This document shows positions 37,206 to 50,256 of a stretch of 64,000 bases of DNA, in pieces. Made by a program: the position numbers and the translations under genes. The notes beneath the pieces are model-generated. The model saw nothing but the letters and a program-made list of their open reading frames with translations. It had not been told where the DNA came from and did no database searches. Positions within the stretch are counted from its first letter, which is position 1. The number at the start of each line of letters is the position of its first letter. The stretch lies in contig BQFW01000012.1 in the NCBI GenBank assembly GCA_020891255.1, positions 1,674,001-1,738,000 of the forward strand, given 5' to 3'. The DNA is from Entomortierella parvispora E1425. Taxonomy: Eukaryota > Fungi > Mortierellomycota.

Positions 37206-40200
37206 ATGCGTTTCAAGAGCATACGCTCCACGGTCAAACAGGCATCCTTGGTCGTGCTGGTCAGCGCCTTCATCAGTGTCGTTATCGCGCAGTCCACAGC
37301 CTCCTTGGCAACAAGCGCAACAAGTGCAACAGGTGCCCTCGTCCCGTCGTCGACCACATCAGGCGTTGCAACAGCCACACTCACTCCGCAGACATGCATC
37401 CCTCAATACGACTGCACACTCAAGGTGTTTAAGAATTGGGTGAAGGTTTCAAGGCTCCAGCCAACGTGGTCGTCACCACGCGTTTTTTTTTTGAGCTAAT
37501 CTTTTTTTTTTCTTTGCCCTGGAAACGAAACCACTAGGGTTGTCTGAACAGTGGAACTTGCACCAACAACGTCTGTTCTTGCAGACCTGGGTTTGGAGGA
37601 CAGGATTGTTCGTTGTTGACTTGTGGGTCTGTGCTGACAGCACCAAGTCAACGGCCTACCAACACGACATGCACAACCTGTGACGCTGGATTCGGAGGAT
37701 TCAACTGCAATGGTAAGCGAAAAAACACTGGAATGCTCGAGTTGGACGTCAAACTGGACCAACAAAAAGAGCGGTACACACACATGGCTTGGTCGGTGTC
37801 AACACGCGACGTGAGAATCCACCTCACCACACCAGGGGTCAGCAGATTCGATGCAGCAAAAAACCGTTGGTATTAACGGCAAACGTCCCTTTTTTTTTTT
37901 TTTGCGTTCCCTTGTTGATAGTCTGCGAGACTGATGCAGGATGTCAGTCAAAGCCCCCCTCGCGCACGTCCGTCTTGGGAAATGAAAATATGGTCTGCAA
38001 CAAAAAGCCAGAGGTCTTTTACGAGTCCTTCATGTCTTGCGCCGTCAAGGCCGATCTGCTGGAATCTTTCTTCCCCGGAAACTACACCTTGACGCTCGAC
38101 CTTGACGCTATCAACAAGACGGTGGAGGCACAGTTATGGCTCGGACAGACCGAGCAGTTCTTTTGCTCGATCCCCAATTGTACTGTTGCCACCACTGAAC
38201 AGAACGGCGTGGTTCAAACAAAGTGGGATTGCCCTGTTCTGAACTGCACATGTATCAACCCAACCGTGATGTGTGGAGGCATCCCTGGACCACCAGTCAA
38301 TCTTGGAAACACCATCGATGCACTCAAGGGTCCATTTTCGCTAACGTGCCCTGACAACAGCAACAGTTGCCAATTCTTTATTGGCGATTTGGCAGGATTC
38401 TTCCCTCAGGGGCTGGAAATGGTGGACTGCGATATGGGAGAGTGTGTCTTCCCTTCAGAAGAGATCTCGTCATTGACAACTGTCACCAACAAAATGGCTA
38501 CAGGCGTCATTGTTTGCCTGTCCATCCTTGGCGCCATGATCCTGTTCTTGATCATTGCGTGCTCAATTGCCAAGAGGAACCAAATTGTCCTTAGTCGTAC
38601 ACCCTATACCGTGAACACTGAGGCTGCTTCGCTCGAATTCCGAAATGTGGGATACACTCTTAATAAGGACGGTCTACAAATTCTCCAGGGAATCTCCGGT
38701 TCGGCCCCTGCTGGTGTTGTCCTAGCAGTAATGGGACCTTCAGGAGCTGGAAAGTCGACATTGGTGGATATCTTGGCTGGAAAACGCAAGGACGGCAAGG
38801 TCTCGGGCCAGATTCTGTTGAATGGCAAGCATGTACATGAGAGTGAAATTCGTCGAGCAGTTGGGTTCGTGGACCAGGAAGATACTCTTCCTGCCACTCA
38901 GACGGTATATGAGGCAGTCATGTTTTCAGCCATGCTTCGGCTTCCCGAGGCCATGCCCATCCATCGAGTCCACGAGCGCGTTGACGAGGTTATTGAAATA
39001 TTGGGCCTCACACACTGCAAGGACCGCCGGATCGGAAATGTAACTTCGCGCGGTATCTCTGGTGGTGAGAAACGTCGCGTGTCCATTGCATTGGAGCTCA
39101 TTACTCGACCCCCGATTCTGATCCTGGACGAACCAACGTCGGGTTTGGATTCCTATAGTGCTCATATGGTTGTGGAGCAGCTCTGTAAACTGGCCGCCAG
39201 CAAGACCACAACGGTTATCTTGACGATCCACCAACCGCGTTCTGATATCTTTTACATGTTTGACCAGGCCTTGGTAATCAGCAAAGGGCAAGCGCTTTAC
39301 TTTGGACCACCAAGTGCTGCAGCTGAGTACTTCCAACGCCGAGGACTGGTTTGCAGGAACAATTACAACATTGCAGATTACTTGTTGGATATTGCTATGG
39401 ACGATGAGCTAATGAAGTTGGCCAAGGGACCCGCGGTTGAGGACGCTGATGAAAAGGTTCACGGGCTTGGACTGTCTACAGCACATCAGACCCACCTCCC
39501 AGGTCACGGTGTGGTATCACGACGAGCTGGCAGTGGCGGGCACCCTTCTCCAGATGGCACCGAACTTTCGAATTCTTCATGCGTGTCAAATGAACAAACT
39601 GCATACGAGACTGCAGTTCAAGTGGATGATAGCCATGGCTCTTCTGGATCATCCCTGGCCTCTCTTTCAGACAGCGCCTCAGGGAAGCGTCAGCCAACAG
39701 TCTATCCAACGAGTTTTCTGACCCAGCTCCAAGTGATCATGAAGCGTAACTTCCAGACCTTGATTCGCGACAAGTCTCTGCTGCTTCTTCACTTGGGGGT
39801 TGCAATCGTCCTGGGTCTCTTTGTTGGCGGTCTTTACTTCCATGTGACGATGAACTTGGCGGGATTCCAGAACCGGGCTGGATCCTTGTTCTTTATGTTG
39901 GCACTTTTGGGGTTCAGTAGTATCTCGGCCTTGGGGGCTTTCACCGAAACGAGGACGCTCTTCATCAAGGAGCGGTCGAATGGTTATTACCCACCGATGC
40001 CCTTCATCATTTCAACCCTGTTGTTTGATTTGATCCCTCTTCGTATCGTCCCTTCGATCCTCATGGGCTGTATCTCTTATTTCATGATTGGTCTTTCGCC
40101 CGTGGTGGTGACCTTCTTCAAGTTCCTGCTCATCCTTGTTCTCTTCAACATGGCCACGGCTCTGTTCTGTCTCGTGATCGCAGCCGCTGTTCAGACCACC

Positions 40201-40548
40201 GGTGTGGCGTCCCTGTCATCTTCGATCGTGATGCTGTTCATGATGTTGTTTGGAGGGTTTATGATCAACTCTGGCAACATTCCTGCGGCCTTGACCTGGA
40301 TCCAATATCTCTCCATGTTCAAGTATGGATTCGAGGCCCTGGCGGTGAATGAGGTCGCGACCTCGAAATTGATTGATAACATTCAAGGAGTTGCCTTTGA
40401 CGTGCCCGGGTCCTTGATCCTCCAAAAGCTGTTTGGATTCGATTTGGGAGGTTATTGGCGGAACATGATCATTTTGATTGGATTCATAGTCCTGTTCATT
40501 GGCATGTTCTGGGGATTTGTCACTTGGCGATTGAAAGAGCGCAAGTAA
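37206..40548 (+). CDS. ADP1: ABCG half-transporter with N-terminal Cys-rich/EGF-like luminal domain (ADP1-like)
   Basis: Signal peptide; EGF-like CLNSGTCTNNVCSCRPGFGGQDCS; Walker A GPSGAGKST; signature GISGGEKRRV; LDEPTSGLD; C-terminal ABC2 membrane domain. Confidence 0.92.
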
Positions 40549-40988
40549 AAAAAAATATAATAATAATGTAAATAATAAAAAAAATCCGTAATATGTTCAT
40601 CAATGTCCAAGGGTTTTATTTTTGATTAGATTTGTAGGTTGGAGGCCATTGGGGAAGGTGAGAGGAGGATTAAAGAAGGTTTTTACAGGGTGCGAGGGAA
40701 GAAGGAAGAAGGCGATGAGGTGGCCAGTTGGGGCAAAGCGGAGGAAAAAAAAAAGAGGCCGATGGAGCTGGCGTCGAGAAAAAGCGAAATATAAAAGGGT
40801 ATACAAGTGCAGCGCGAAAATGGAGAAGAGAAAACACGCAACAAAGGAGGCAAAAGAATAAGAGAAAAAAAGAAGCAAATGGAACGAAGACGAGAGAAAC
40901 GAGGTCGTTAAAAGGTCGGCATGTGGCGAAAATAGACGGAGCGTTGGGTGGTGGTGAGTCGAGAGTGACGCTTTTCCTTCTTTGAGGC

Positions 40989-43900
40989 TTATGGGCTGGA
41001 TGAAGGGGCGCCGTGAGTCTGTGCTGGAAAATTACTTGGGATCGTGTTGCCAGAAGTCTCCAGACTGTCGGGCGATCGCACGGAGTCCATGGAGCTCAAA
41101 GTAGGTGAAGAGGAAGAAACAGCTGCGATGGAGGACTTGTCCTGGACATAGCGAACGACCACCACGAGCAAGAGCAAGTTGAGGAGAATGATCAAGCCCA
41201 TCTTTGCCAGACGAAACTTCTTGCTGCGGTCTTTGGTGCCAGTTTTGGTCGACGACTTGGCGTTGGGCATCCTGGATCTCCTGGAAGCCTTTCGAAGGGG
41301 CAAAGACCTCCATTGTTGATCCATTTGCTGTTGCTGTTGCTGTTGCTGTTGCTGAACCTCTTCCTCGTAATTGCAGATCTGGACACCCTGGAGAGTCATG
41401 CCATCCACAATTCGTCGAGAGTAAATTTGAGTCATCTCACGTTTATGAGGTCCACGTCTTCCGGCCTCGGCCATCTCCAGTCCATTGTCCTGGTCATGCT
41501 CGTCCTCCTCGTCCTCTTCTTCTTCCTCCTCATCATCATAGTCGTAATCTTCGGCCCGATGGCGGTAAAGGGCATTGGGGCTGGAGCCCGAGGTCTCCTT
41601 CTCGATTCTATAACGAACCACAAGGTCGTTCCAACGAGCAGGGCCGCGAACAGAGCCATGCCCGCTTCCGTTTGCACTGTGTCGGTTATTGGGCTCGGCG
41701 GGGCGCATGCGCAGGTCCAGTCCATCACACCAGCGAATCAATCCAATGAGACCCAAGTTGTACTGCATAGGCACGAATGCGACGCGGTCGTGTTCTCCTC
41801 GGGCGTATCCAATTCGAGGTCCACGAAGTCGGTTCATCATGTGTTCGAGCTGTCTCCTGTGATTTTGCCACTTGGCCTCCGAGGCCAAAGATTTCTTTGC
41901 TGTGGTCGAGGTGGTGGTGGTGGCAGCCAAGGGGGCGGATTCTTCGTTCGAGTCGGTGCGTTCAAGAAGAATTTGTTCCTGTTGCTGTTGCTCATTGAGC
42001 ATCTCGTATTCGTTCAAGATCTGGTCGAAAGCGCTGTACTTTTCGGCATGTTCCTTGATACCAAAGTACTCTTGCTCCATCACAACGTCAATCAAGGAGA
42101 TGTAGAGAGACCATGCTGCGTAGGTGATAAAGACGGCGAGAACCACATCCACCGTGTAATGGAGACGAGTGGCAACCACAAAGTAGAGTCCGATGCTGAT
42201 GTACAGGTAAGAGAAATAAGTGATCCACTTGTTCTTGCAATAGAGACGCCATTGAATTGCGCACGACACCCTATTGTGAAAAGACACGATTAGTTTTCGA
42301 GAAAATAGCAGGCCCCAAAGTCGATGATAATCAGAGCAGAGAAAAAGAGGAAAAAGAGGAAGGACAGGGTGAGAGCAAAAGAGTGGGGATGGTGAAGGGA
42401 ACCAGTGGGAAGACAGAGAGAGCGTTTACGCCTCTCTCTGTGCAACCCACGCGCCTGCGTCTTTTCTCCTTGGTCTTTTGTGTGGTCTTTCCCAACTTTC
42501 AGAGTCTTCTTCTCCCCTGCATCTTTGCCCTCTCCTTTCTTGCGCTCTCTCTCTTCACTAATTTAGACACCGAACCGAATTATATCGGCTCTCAACTCTG
42601 TCAAAAAGGTTCCATTTGCATCAAAGACCTGCGCCCAAAAGAAAGAAAAGAAAGAAAAACAGACGCAAGCCAGGGACAACCGGTTGGGACATTCGAGAAG
42701 CTGGATGCAAACGGTCGTTTCTTCAAAAAAAAAAAAATCTGGCAAGAGAGGGATCGTTGGGTCCAACCCACTCTATCGAAGATAGCCTTTTGTGCACTGT
42801 GGTCGACTGTTGTTGATACCACATGGACACGCATCTCCCGCCTCACTTCATTCGCTTCCCTCATGACTTTTTGTGTGTCTTTGTGTCATCCTTGCGCAAC
42901 CTGCGCAAAACCCGCACCGACAGCCGCTGGAGCGTGACAAAACATACACAGCCCCTATTCTCTTTCTTTTTTCCTCGGACGATGGGGGGGGGGGGTGCAG
43001 GTGTTGGTGGTCCCACCTTCCGCCCCACCATGGGTTGTCCATGACTAAAAGTCCCGCCTGCGACTTTTTGAATCAATGTCTCTGTCGGTCTGGTCGGACT
43101 CGTGAATGAATATTCAATGTATCCCTTTCTTCACCACCAAAGATATATTGCATTTGATGAACCACAGCCTTCTGCATGTCTGCGTCAAGAGCTCAGACAG
43201 AAAAGCCTGTGACCCGGGGGTGCCTCTCCATCGTCAACAGCCAGAGCAAATGCAGGGCTGTCGGTTTTACTCTCTGGCTTTGCCTGGGTACCCTCACTTT
43301 GATGTTTTACGCCAACATTCCGCACTTGCAGAGATGAGACTGAACCCTCCCTCCCTCTCTCCACAGCATTCTCCACAGTGTAGTGTCAAGATCAAGCGAC
43401 TAATTGCTCCTAACGGCTCGGGCAGGTTATTACAAAGGCGACCGTTAAACAGCACCTAGTTATCTGATTCTGCCAAACTATCCCTCCCCTCCTTTTTTTC
43501 TTTTTGAGGGCTAGGGGAAAAAGAGGCAAAGGGAAATAGAAGCAAACAAATCCGGGGGATATTGACTCCTCCTGGAAATGGCTGCATCTCTTACGCAACC
43601 CTACGAAAATAAAAAGAAACCCTCCTCAAGTCCCTTCTCCTTGCCTCTCCCAAGAAGTTTCCTGAAAAAAAAAACAGGCAGCAGAAATGACGGTGTGGAT
43701 GTTTCATCCTCCCAAAAATAATTCTCGACTCTCACCACTCAGCTCTTTGATTCTTTTCCCTTCTCCACTTCAGGCACAGCCAACCTTAACGGAAATAAAA
43801 AGAAACAAACTTGCAAGTGGAGGATGGGGTGAGGATGGGGCAAACAAAATAGAGACTTACATGAACACAGTGTGGCCAGAGAAGATATCGTCTGTGCAGG

Positions 43901-44657
43901 CCTCGACCGTTCCCGGGATCATTTGAAGGGCTACAATGAACATATCCCAGAAGCCTGTCTTGAGCGAAGGGCGGCACTCGGCCTTGGGGGTCGGTAATGT
44001 TGTCACGGACAAGGTCATGGCTCGGAAGACGCTCAAAGTTCCAATGACCCACATCACTCGTCGCAAGGCCATGGTGCGCGTTGTCCAGTCAGGGCAGATG
44101 AGACCGACACCAAGGACGGTGAAGACGACCGAGGTCATCACAAACGTGTTCGCAGGCGAGATGTCGGACTGGGCTGCGATCACATCAAAGCCTCGATCTC
44201 TTAGCAGAACCTCGGTATAGCCCGTCTGGATCCATCGATGATCCGACAGTTGGTTGCAAAACGCCATGCCGATGCAGACAAAACCAAAGTAAAAGAAGGC
44301 ACAGGCGAGACGACCTGCCTCGGAATGCATGAAACGATAGAGAAATCCCTGCTGGTGTTGTTGTTGCTGTTGCCTCCTGTGGCGTGATGAGGTGGTCTTG
44401 GTATTGTTGCTCATAAGGATTTCGGTGGTGGAGGAGAGGGTCGAAGAAGAAGAGCCGCAAGAAGAAGACATGGAAGACGAAGGAGAGTGGTGATGAAGAC
44501 GAGAAGAGGAAGGGCTTCCGATCAAAGTGCTGGTGCTGCTCAACCGGTTCAGTCGGTCTTGGTCTGTATCTTCATCGTAAGACTCGCTCGAGTCGTAGCA
44601 GGAGAACGGTGGCTCGTCTGGGTGCTGTTCAATGTGAATAGAGTGTTCGGCTTCCAT
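40989..44657 (-). CDS. Sphingomyelin-synthase-family (PAP2_C) phosphosphingolipid synthase; exons 44657-43861 and 42270-40989
   Basis: Motifs LRDRGFD, TLSVTTLP, CTDDIFSGHT and HYTVDVVLA (His/His/Asp triad). Phase-2 intron 43860-42271 (1590 nt) joins the two ORFs. Confidence 0.85.
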
Positions 44658-45931
44658 GGCGCGATATTGTTTAGGGCTGATGGGTATTGAGATTGAGATT
44701 GCGCTTGGGAGAGGAAAGAGAGAGCAGGGGATTGAGAGAGGGAAAGGCGTGGTTGAAAAATCAATTGAAGGTGCAGGGTCGAAGGAGGGTGCAACGGAAA
44801 GGGAAAGGCGTGACAAAAGCAAGGGACGGAGAGAAGACGGAGAGAAAAAGGCGAGAGAAGAGTGAGATTCAGAAAGAAACTATGAATGAGAAAAAGAAGG
44901 GAGAGAAAAGTGAATGCGGATGAGAAGGAGGAATGCCGAGGAGCGACGACGGGATGGGATGGGAAGAAAGAGAGATGAGAGTGGGAGGAGAGAGCGAAAG
45001 GAGGAGAGAGAAGGAGAGTCGACAGATTGTGCGGCAAAAGTAAACTGAAGAGAGAAGAAAAAGAGAGAAACAGACATAGAACATTGGCTGGCTTAAATGA
45101 GTTCGCTTCACTCGTCTTCCTTTTTCTCTTCTGTCTTCTCTGACTTGGCCTTGGAGCGGAGGGAGATGATATGACAACTGGGCTTCTCCTCCACAGAGTG
45201 CATCGTTGGATTCCAATTTTTTTCGAGTCGCGCTCAAACCGCGCACCAATGAGCAGGACGAGGGAATCGTTTCTCTTTCCCTTGCCTGTCGCCCAAGGCT
45301 TTTTTTCCTTCTTTTGAGCGGCTCGCTGTTGTTCATGCCAAGTCGCCAAGAGGACAGCCATCTACAATAGCTAGCACGCAGCTACGCAGCAGCAGCAGCA
45401 ACAGCCAGCAACACGAACGAGTGAACAAACGGACATGCGAGGTCACCCCAATCCGTCAAGGGATCTGCAACCACACGACAAAGAAGTTAAAGGACCGAGT
45501 CGTGTGTCAATCAGTCAGTCAGCTTATGAGGTGAGTCCCCTGTCCCAGGGCAGGCTTGAATTATTAATAATTGAATGAAATGTTTATTGCGCCAAAAGAA
45601 GGAAACGTGTCCACATGCCTGAAAAGCCTTGATGCAATCTGATAAAGTTAAAAGGTTTGCCTGTGAACGAGCAGCCTCGGTGCTGTATCGCTTGAGGGGC
45701 GCGTCCATTTCGTGCGCCATTTTTTTTTATTTTTTATCTTTTTTTTTTCCCATGTTCTCAGGCCAGAAGTACAGTGTCGAGTTCATTATACGCCTTTGCC
45801 CCGTCTTGAGCAATCCAACCGGGTATTCCTTTCTTCCCTCCTTCGTCATCATCATTATCAACTTTCTAGAGTTTCGCCTTCATATGTCTTTTATTTTTTT
45901 ATGTATTTAACCAGCACCATGTGGTGTGTTT

Positions 45932-48900
45932 TTACCAAAAGTGGTAAACGATTTCAACAGGGAGAACCACTTCCGAACTTCCGCGCTCAGATCCAAACGC
46001 CATCTCCAGTTCCCCTTGCCACGCCTGACTGACCTCCAAATTTTGCACCCGCTCTCGCAAGCAACAGAGTCCTCGAATCAATCCCCGGGCCGTCAACCGT
46101 CTTTCACCCTCGCAGCGCAGCAAAGCCAGTCGACGCAAACGCGGCATCGACCGCATCATTCTTTCCAAAGTCTCATCACACAGACCCCAATTGCCTGCCA
46201 ACTTGAGTTCCTGTATTTGGGACAGACAAGACCCGTTTTTTTTCACTCTCCTTTGCCTTTCATTCCTGCCACTACTTCCTCCGCAGCTTCCACCCTCCTC
46301 AAATAAGTCTGACAGCGTACAGCTCATATCGGTCGGTCGGGAATCCTCTGTTTCTTCGGCCAAGGTTGACCCGGCCTCCGGGTTGTAATGGTCAGGGTAA
46401 TGTGGCACTTGCTCTCCGCTTGTCCGTGATGGACGGACAGAGTGTGGGAGGGATAAACGGAGGATCCTGAGTTGAGGGCAAAACTGGAGCGACCTCAACA
46501 AAAACTGGTGTGCAACATCCCCTTGGAGATCCAACACCTCAAGTCGAGGCAACATCCAAGTCCAACCCAAGCTTTGTTGACTAAACAATACCTCAGTCGA
46601 ATCCACCCACGAAGTGCCCTGAAGTGTATGAACCGAATCCCTGAAAGCGTCCATGACATGAATCAAGGTCGACGTCAAAGGTCCTGAACTCGTTCCTGAC
46701 AAGTTTACTCTTTCAAGCCTCACTGGCCTCGGACCATCATCCCATCGGGATGCGAGAGAATACAAGAAGGGTCTTGAGCACGAACGAGGGCCTGTACAGA
46801 CGGCTCGTTCAATTCGCTTTGCTCGTTCTTGAACGGCCCACTCCAATAGACCATCAATCAACACTGGCATCTTGAGCTCCTTCAAATGTCGACATTGTTG
46901 CAAGGCTTGGATCTGAGGGTGGCATAGCGGTTCAGAAACGCTTCCTGGGCTTGCATTCGTTTCTGCATCCATCGGTGCATCTTGTATAGTGGCGCCATTC
47001 TGTAGTTCCTCTGCAACATTGCCGGCCATACGAACAGTCCCGAGAAGGAGCGACTCCAAATGGCGGGTAGGAATCATATCTAGGTACTTTGTTGCCTCAC
47101 GCCACTCGATCATATCCAGGACCTTGAGCGTCCTTACACTCTGAATAACTCGAATCAACTCAGGATGGGTCGACTTTCCAACATCATCAGGCCCTCCAAT
47201 CTTGAGCTCCCGAATTGTATGGTACGCTTGGTCATGGGCTTTCAGAAATTCGACAACAACGTCCACGTCAAAGGCAAAATGGATATCAAAGAGCTCGATC
47301 CGGTGCAAGTGCCGTAGCTGACAAAGTCGTGGCATGTTATCCCAGGAGATAGAGTCGACCGACATGGTAGACGCTCCTGAGGACGTTGACGGTGATGACG
47401 AAGCGCTCGAAGACGAGCTCTTGGTGGACCGCATTGACATCAAAGACCAGGTAGAAGGCGTTGAGAACGAGATAGGAGTGCTCGCGGGCGACGTCTCCGC
47501 CATGGAAGTACCTGTGAATGGCGACGATGAGAGGAGCGATACAAAGGTAGACGTCAAACTTGCAATTGGTGATAGGTCTTGCTGTGCTTGTTCCTTCCCA
47601 TGTACAGAATGCTGATCGAAACTGCGCACTGGCAGGACTGCCTCTATTCTTGGTGCAGAGATTGACAGCGATCTAATTCTTTGAGGTGCATGCTGCAGCA
47701 ACTCGCGTTCTACGCGACAGCGGACTGCGTGAGCCCTCTCCAAGTTTCTAGAGTGGCTGTTGGATGAATGGAATAGGCTCATGACTGGATTGTGGGAAAT
47801 GGATCCTAAGGAACCGCTAAGAAAACTTGGCTGAGACGAGGCTGCTGCCAAGGCTGGGGAGCAAGAGAGGAGTTGATCAAAACATTCTGGTGGCACCGAA
47901 GGACAAATGGAGGGCAGAATTCTGACCAAGTGTGGGTGATCGTGCTCAGTGTAGTGCGCAAGGTAATCGGTCATTAAGCGTGTTGGTGCCACACGTTTCA
48001 CTGATTCTGCATTAGGCGGGGATAATGGCTGTGGGGCGGCTTTTGCTTGACCTAAAGTTGTTCCTCGCTCCACCATTCGACCAAGCGTGCTAAGCCGACG
48101 TTGCAAAGCTCGTGTCCAATTTTTGGAGTTCACATCCTGCTGCCGCCGTCCTGGTGTACTGAATGGTCCCAGGTCGAGCTCTGGCTGTTGCAACGAGTTG
48201 ACAGTTGAATCCCCCAGAAGGTAAGCGTCATCGTCTTCGCTGTAGATATTGATAGAGCTGTCGCATGGATCCTCCTGCTCGTCTTGCGAGGTGTCGTCGT
48301 CACAGTCGATGTAATCTTGCCCATGTTCTCCATACAAGCCAGTGTCGTCATCAAACTGGAAAAGAGAGTCGTCCTCTAGTCAGATGCAGAAAAGGTTGAT
48401 AAGTCGGTGCATTGCGAACAAAATGCAGCTTGCATTTGTACTAACCAGAAGAAATCCCAGGCGCCCTCATATTAGTGGCAACAGCAGACGTCTCGGAATT
48501 GCTTTCCTTTTTGGACAAAGGGGAAATAGACAGCCTCCTGGATGACCACCGCTGTCTCCCCTTGCAGAGAGTGGAGGAGACAGCAGCGAATCGAAGGGAC
48601 CTCCTTTTCTCAAGAACAACTTGGTCATGTTCATCATCACTCCAAAGGCGGCATCCCTCAAGCGACACTGGGGCTGGTACTGGCTTTGTCTCTGGCACTC
48701 CAGAGGTAAGGTCGTTATGAATCCGTCCTTGTTTTGCTGACTTTGACGATAGGCTCGATACAAACCACGAGGATGTTGACGCCGAAGACAGTGGCAAGGA
48801 TGATGAGTGAATGCGTCGGCCTCTTTGTTTCTGAAGCTGGAAAGATCGTCGTCGAGCAGCCATCTGTTTCCTGTCCCCCTGCTTTATCTCGACAGCGCGC

Positions 48901-49175
48901 AGGAACAGCTGGAGCAACAGGACCTGCCGTCGAGTTCTTTCAGACCAGGGCCATGTTTCAGACCTGGACCCCAGCATGCGAAAGGGCGATTTATAAAGGA
49001 CAGGAACCACCAGACGGAAGAATTGGTGACTGATCTGAAGGAGAGAGTGAAGACTGGACCGATCGTGCTCCAGATAGCGAAAGATCATGATGAGGCATTC
49101 CTCCGGCAACACAGCCCTGGTGCTAGTGCACCGTTGACAGGGCGCTGTGGTTGTTGAGAAGGAAAGGGTGGGCAT
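45932..49175 (-). CDS. F-box-like/RNI-LRR hypothetical protein; exons 49175-48446 and 48375-45932
   Basis: N-terminal LPEECLIMIFRYLEHDRSSLHSLLQISHQFFRLVVPVLYKSPF (F-box-like). LRR-like C-terminus (LEVLDLQG, LRILRLS, IQELKLAGNWGLCDETL...LRRLALLRC). Phase-1 intron keeps the frame. Confidence 0.75.
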
Positions 49176-50256
49176 GACGACTGACGACAAGAGAGCAGGA
49201 AGGCAGAGGGGCTACAAAATTGGGCGAAATCACCGACAGGAAATTGGGTACAAGCTTTACTGCAGGTTGCTTTTGTTTAGAAATTGCTGGGAATGGAAGA
49301 ATGAGAAGCAATGGGGTTTGGGTTCAGGGCTGGTAGGAATGAATGGATGGATGAATGGATGAATGGATGAATGAAAGAGCGAGGCAAAGAGGAAGGAAGG
49401 AAAGAATGGGAATGGTACTATGCCTTTCCTCCATTCTTTTTTCCTTTTCTCTCCTCTTCTGCCCGGCCTCCTCGGGGCCCACTTTCCTGCATGTTTGTTG
49501 GTGCCTGTCCTGTCTGCCTCTCTGTCCTTGCATTGAGGCAGAGCGCAATAGAGTTGCAGGTGCAATTCAATCAATTGGCCGTTCGACGCAAGGCAGATGA
49601 CACTGTGTGTGTTTACCCAAGCTGGGGGAAGGCAGGTGCGCCCCATCTCTCTCGCCCCGTCGGCTGCCCACTGGTCCTTGGAAGGGTTCTTGAGGAAATG
49701 GTGGCCTGACTGCGCGACTGTAATACAACGTGAAAGATGGTCTCGCCCTCGGAAATGGGCTATTTGGGATGGGGCTGGAGAGCGTAGAGGTGCGAGAAGG
49801 TTGAAGGGTCCATGTTCTGCCGGACAGATGCTCTCTCGCACACACACATACACGCGCGCTCTTTCTCACTCTTTGAACTGTCAGCGATGTTGATGTTAAT
49901 ATTGTTGATCCCTATGCATGTAATGCATCTGCATCGGAGGAGAACGAAACAGGTACAAACAAGAGTCAGACATGAATGATGGCGCCATGACGACAAGTTG
50001 AACCAAAGGTCGACGTTCTTTAGCGACCCCAACGTTTGCTGGCCTCTCCCTCCAACGGCGCTGGCCCTTTGCCTGCATGCATGACAACAGACCAAGCGCC
50101 GTTTCTCTTTTCCCTTCTCTCTCCCTCTCTCTGCTGATTCCACTTTATGTCAAATAAACTTTTTTTTCTGCTTCTCCCACACCACACGGGCGCACCATCC
50201 GACCGCAGCACTGCGCTTTATTGCGGCAAACACACATAAATGGGCTTGTTCCTTTT

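Noticed and set aside
41313-42293. Plus-strand 326-aa ORF
   Set aside because: Antisense to exon 2 of the SMS-family gene.
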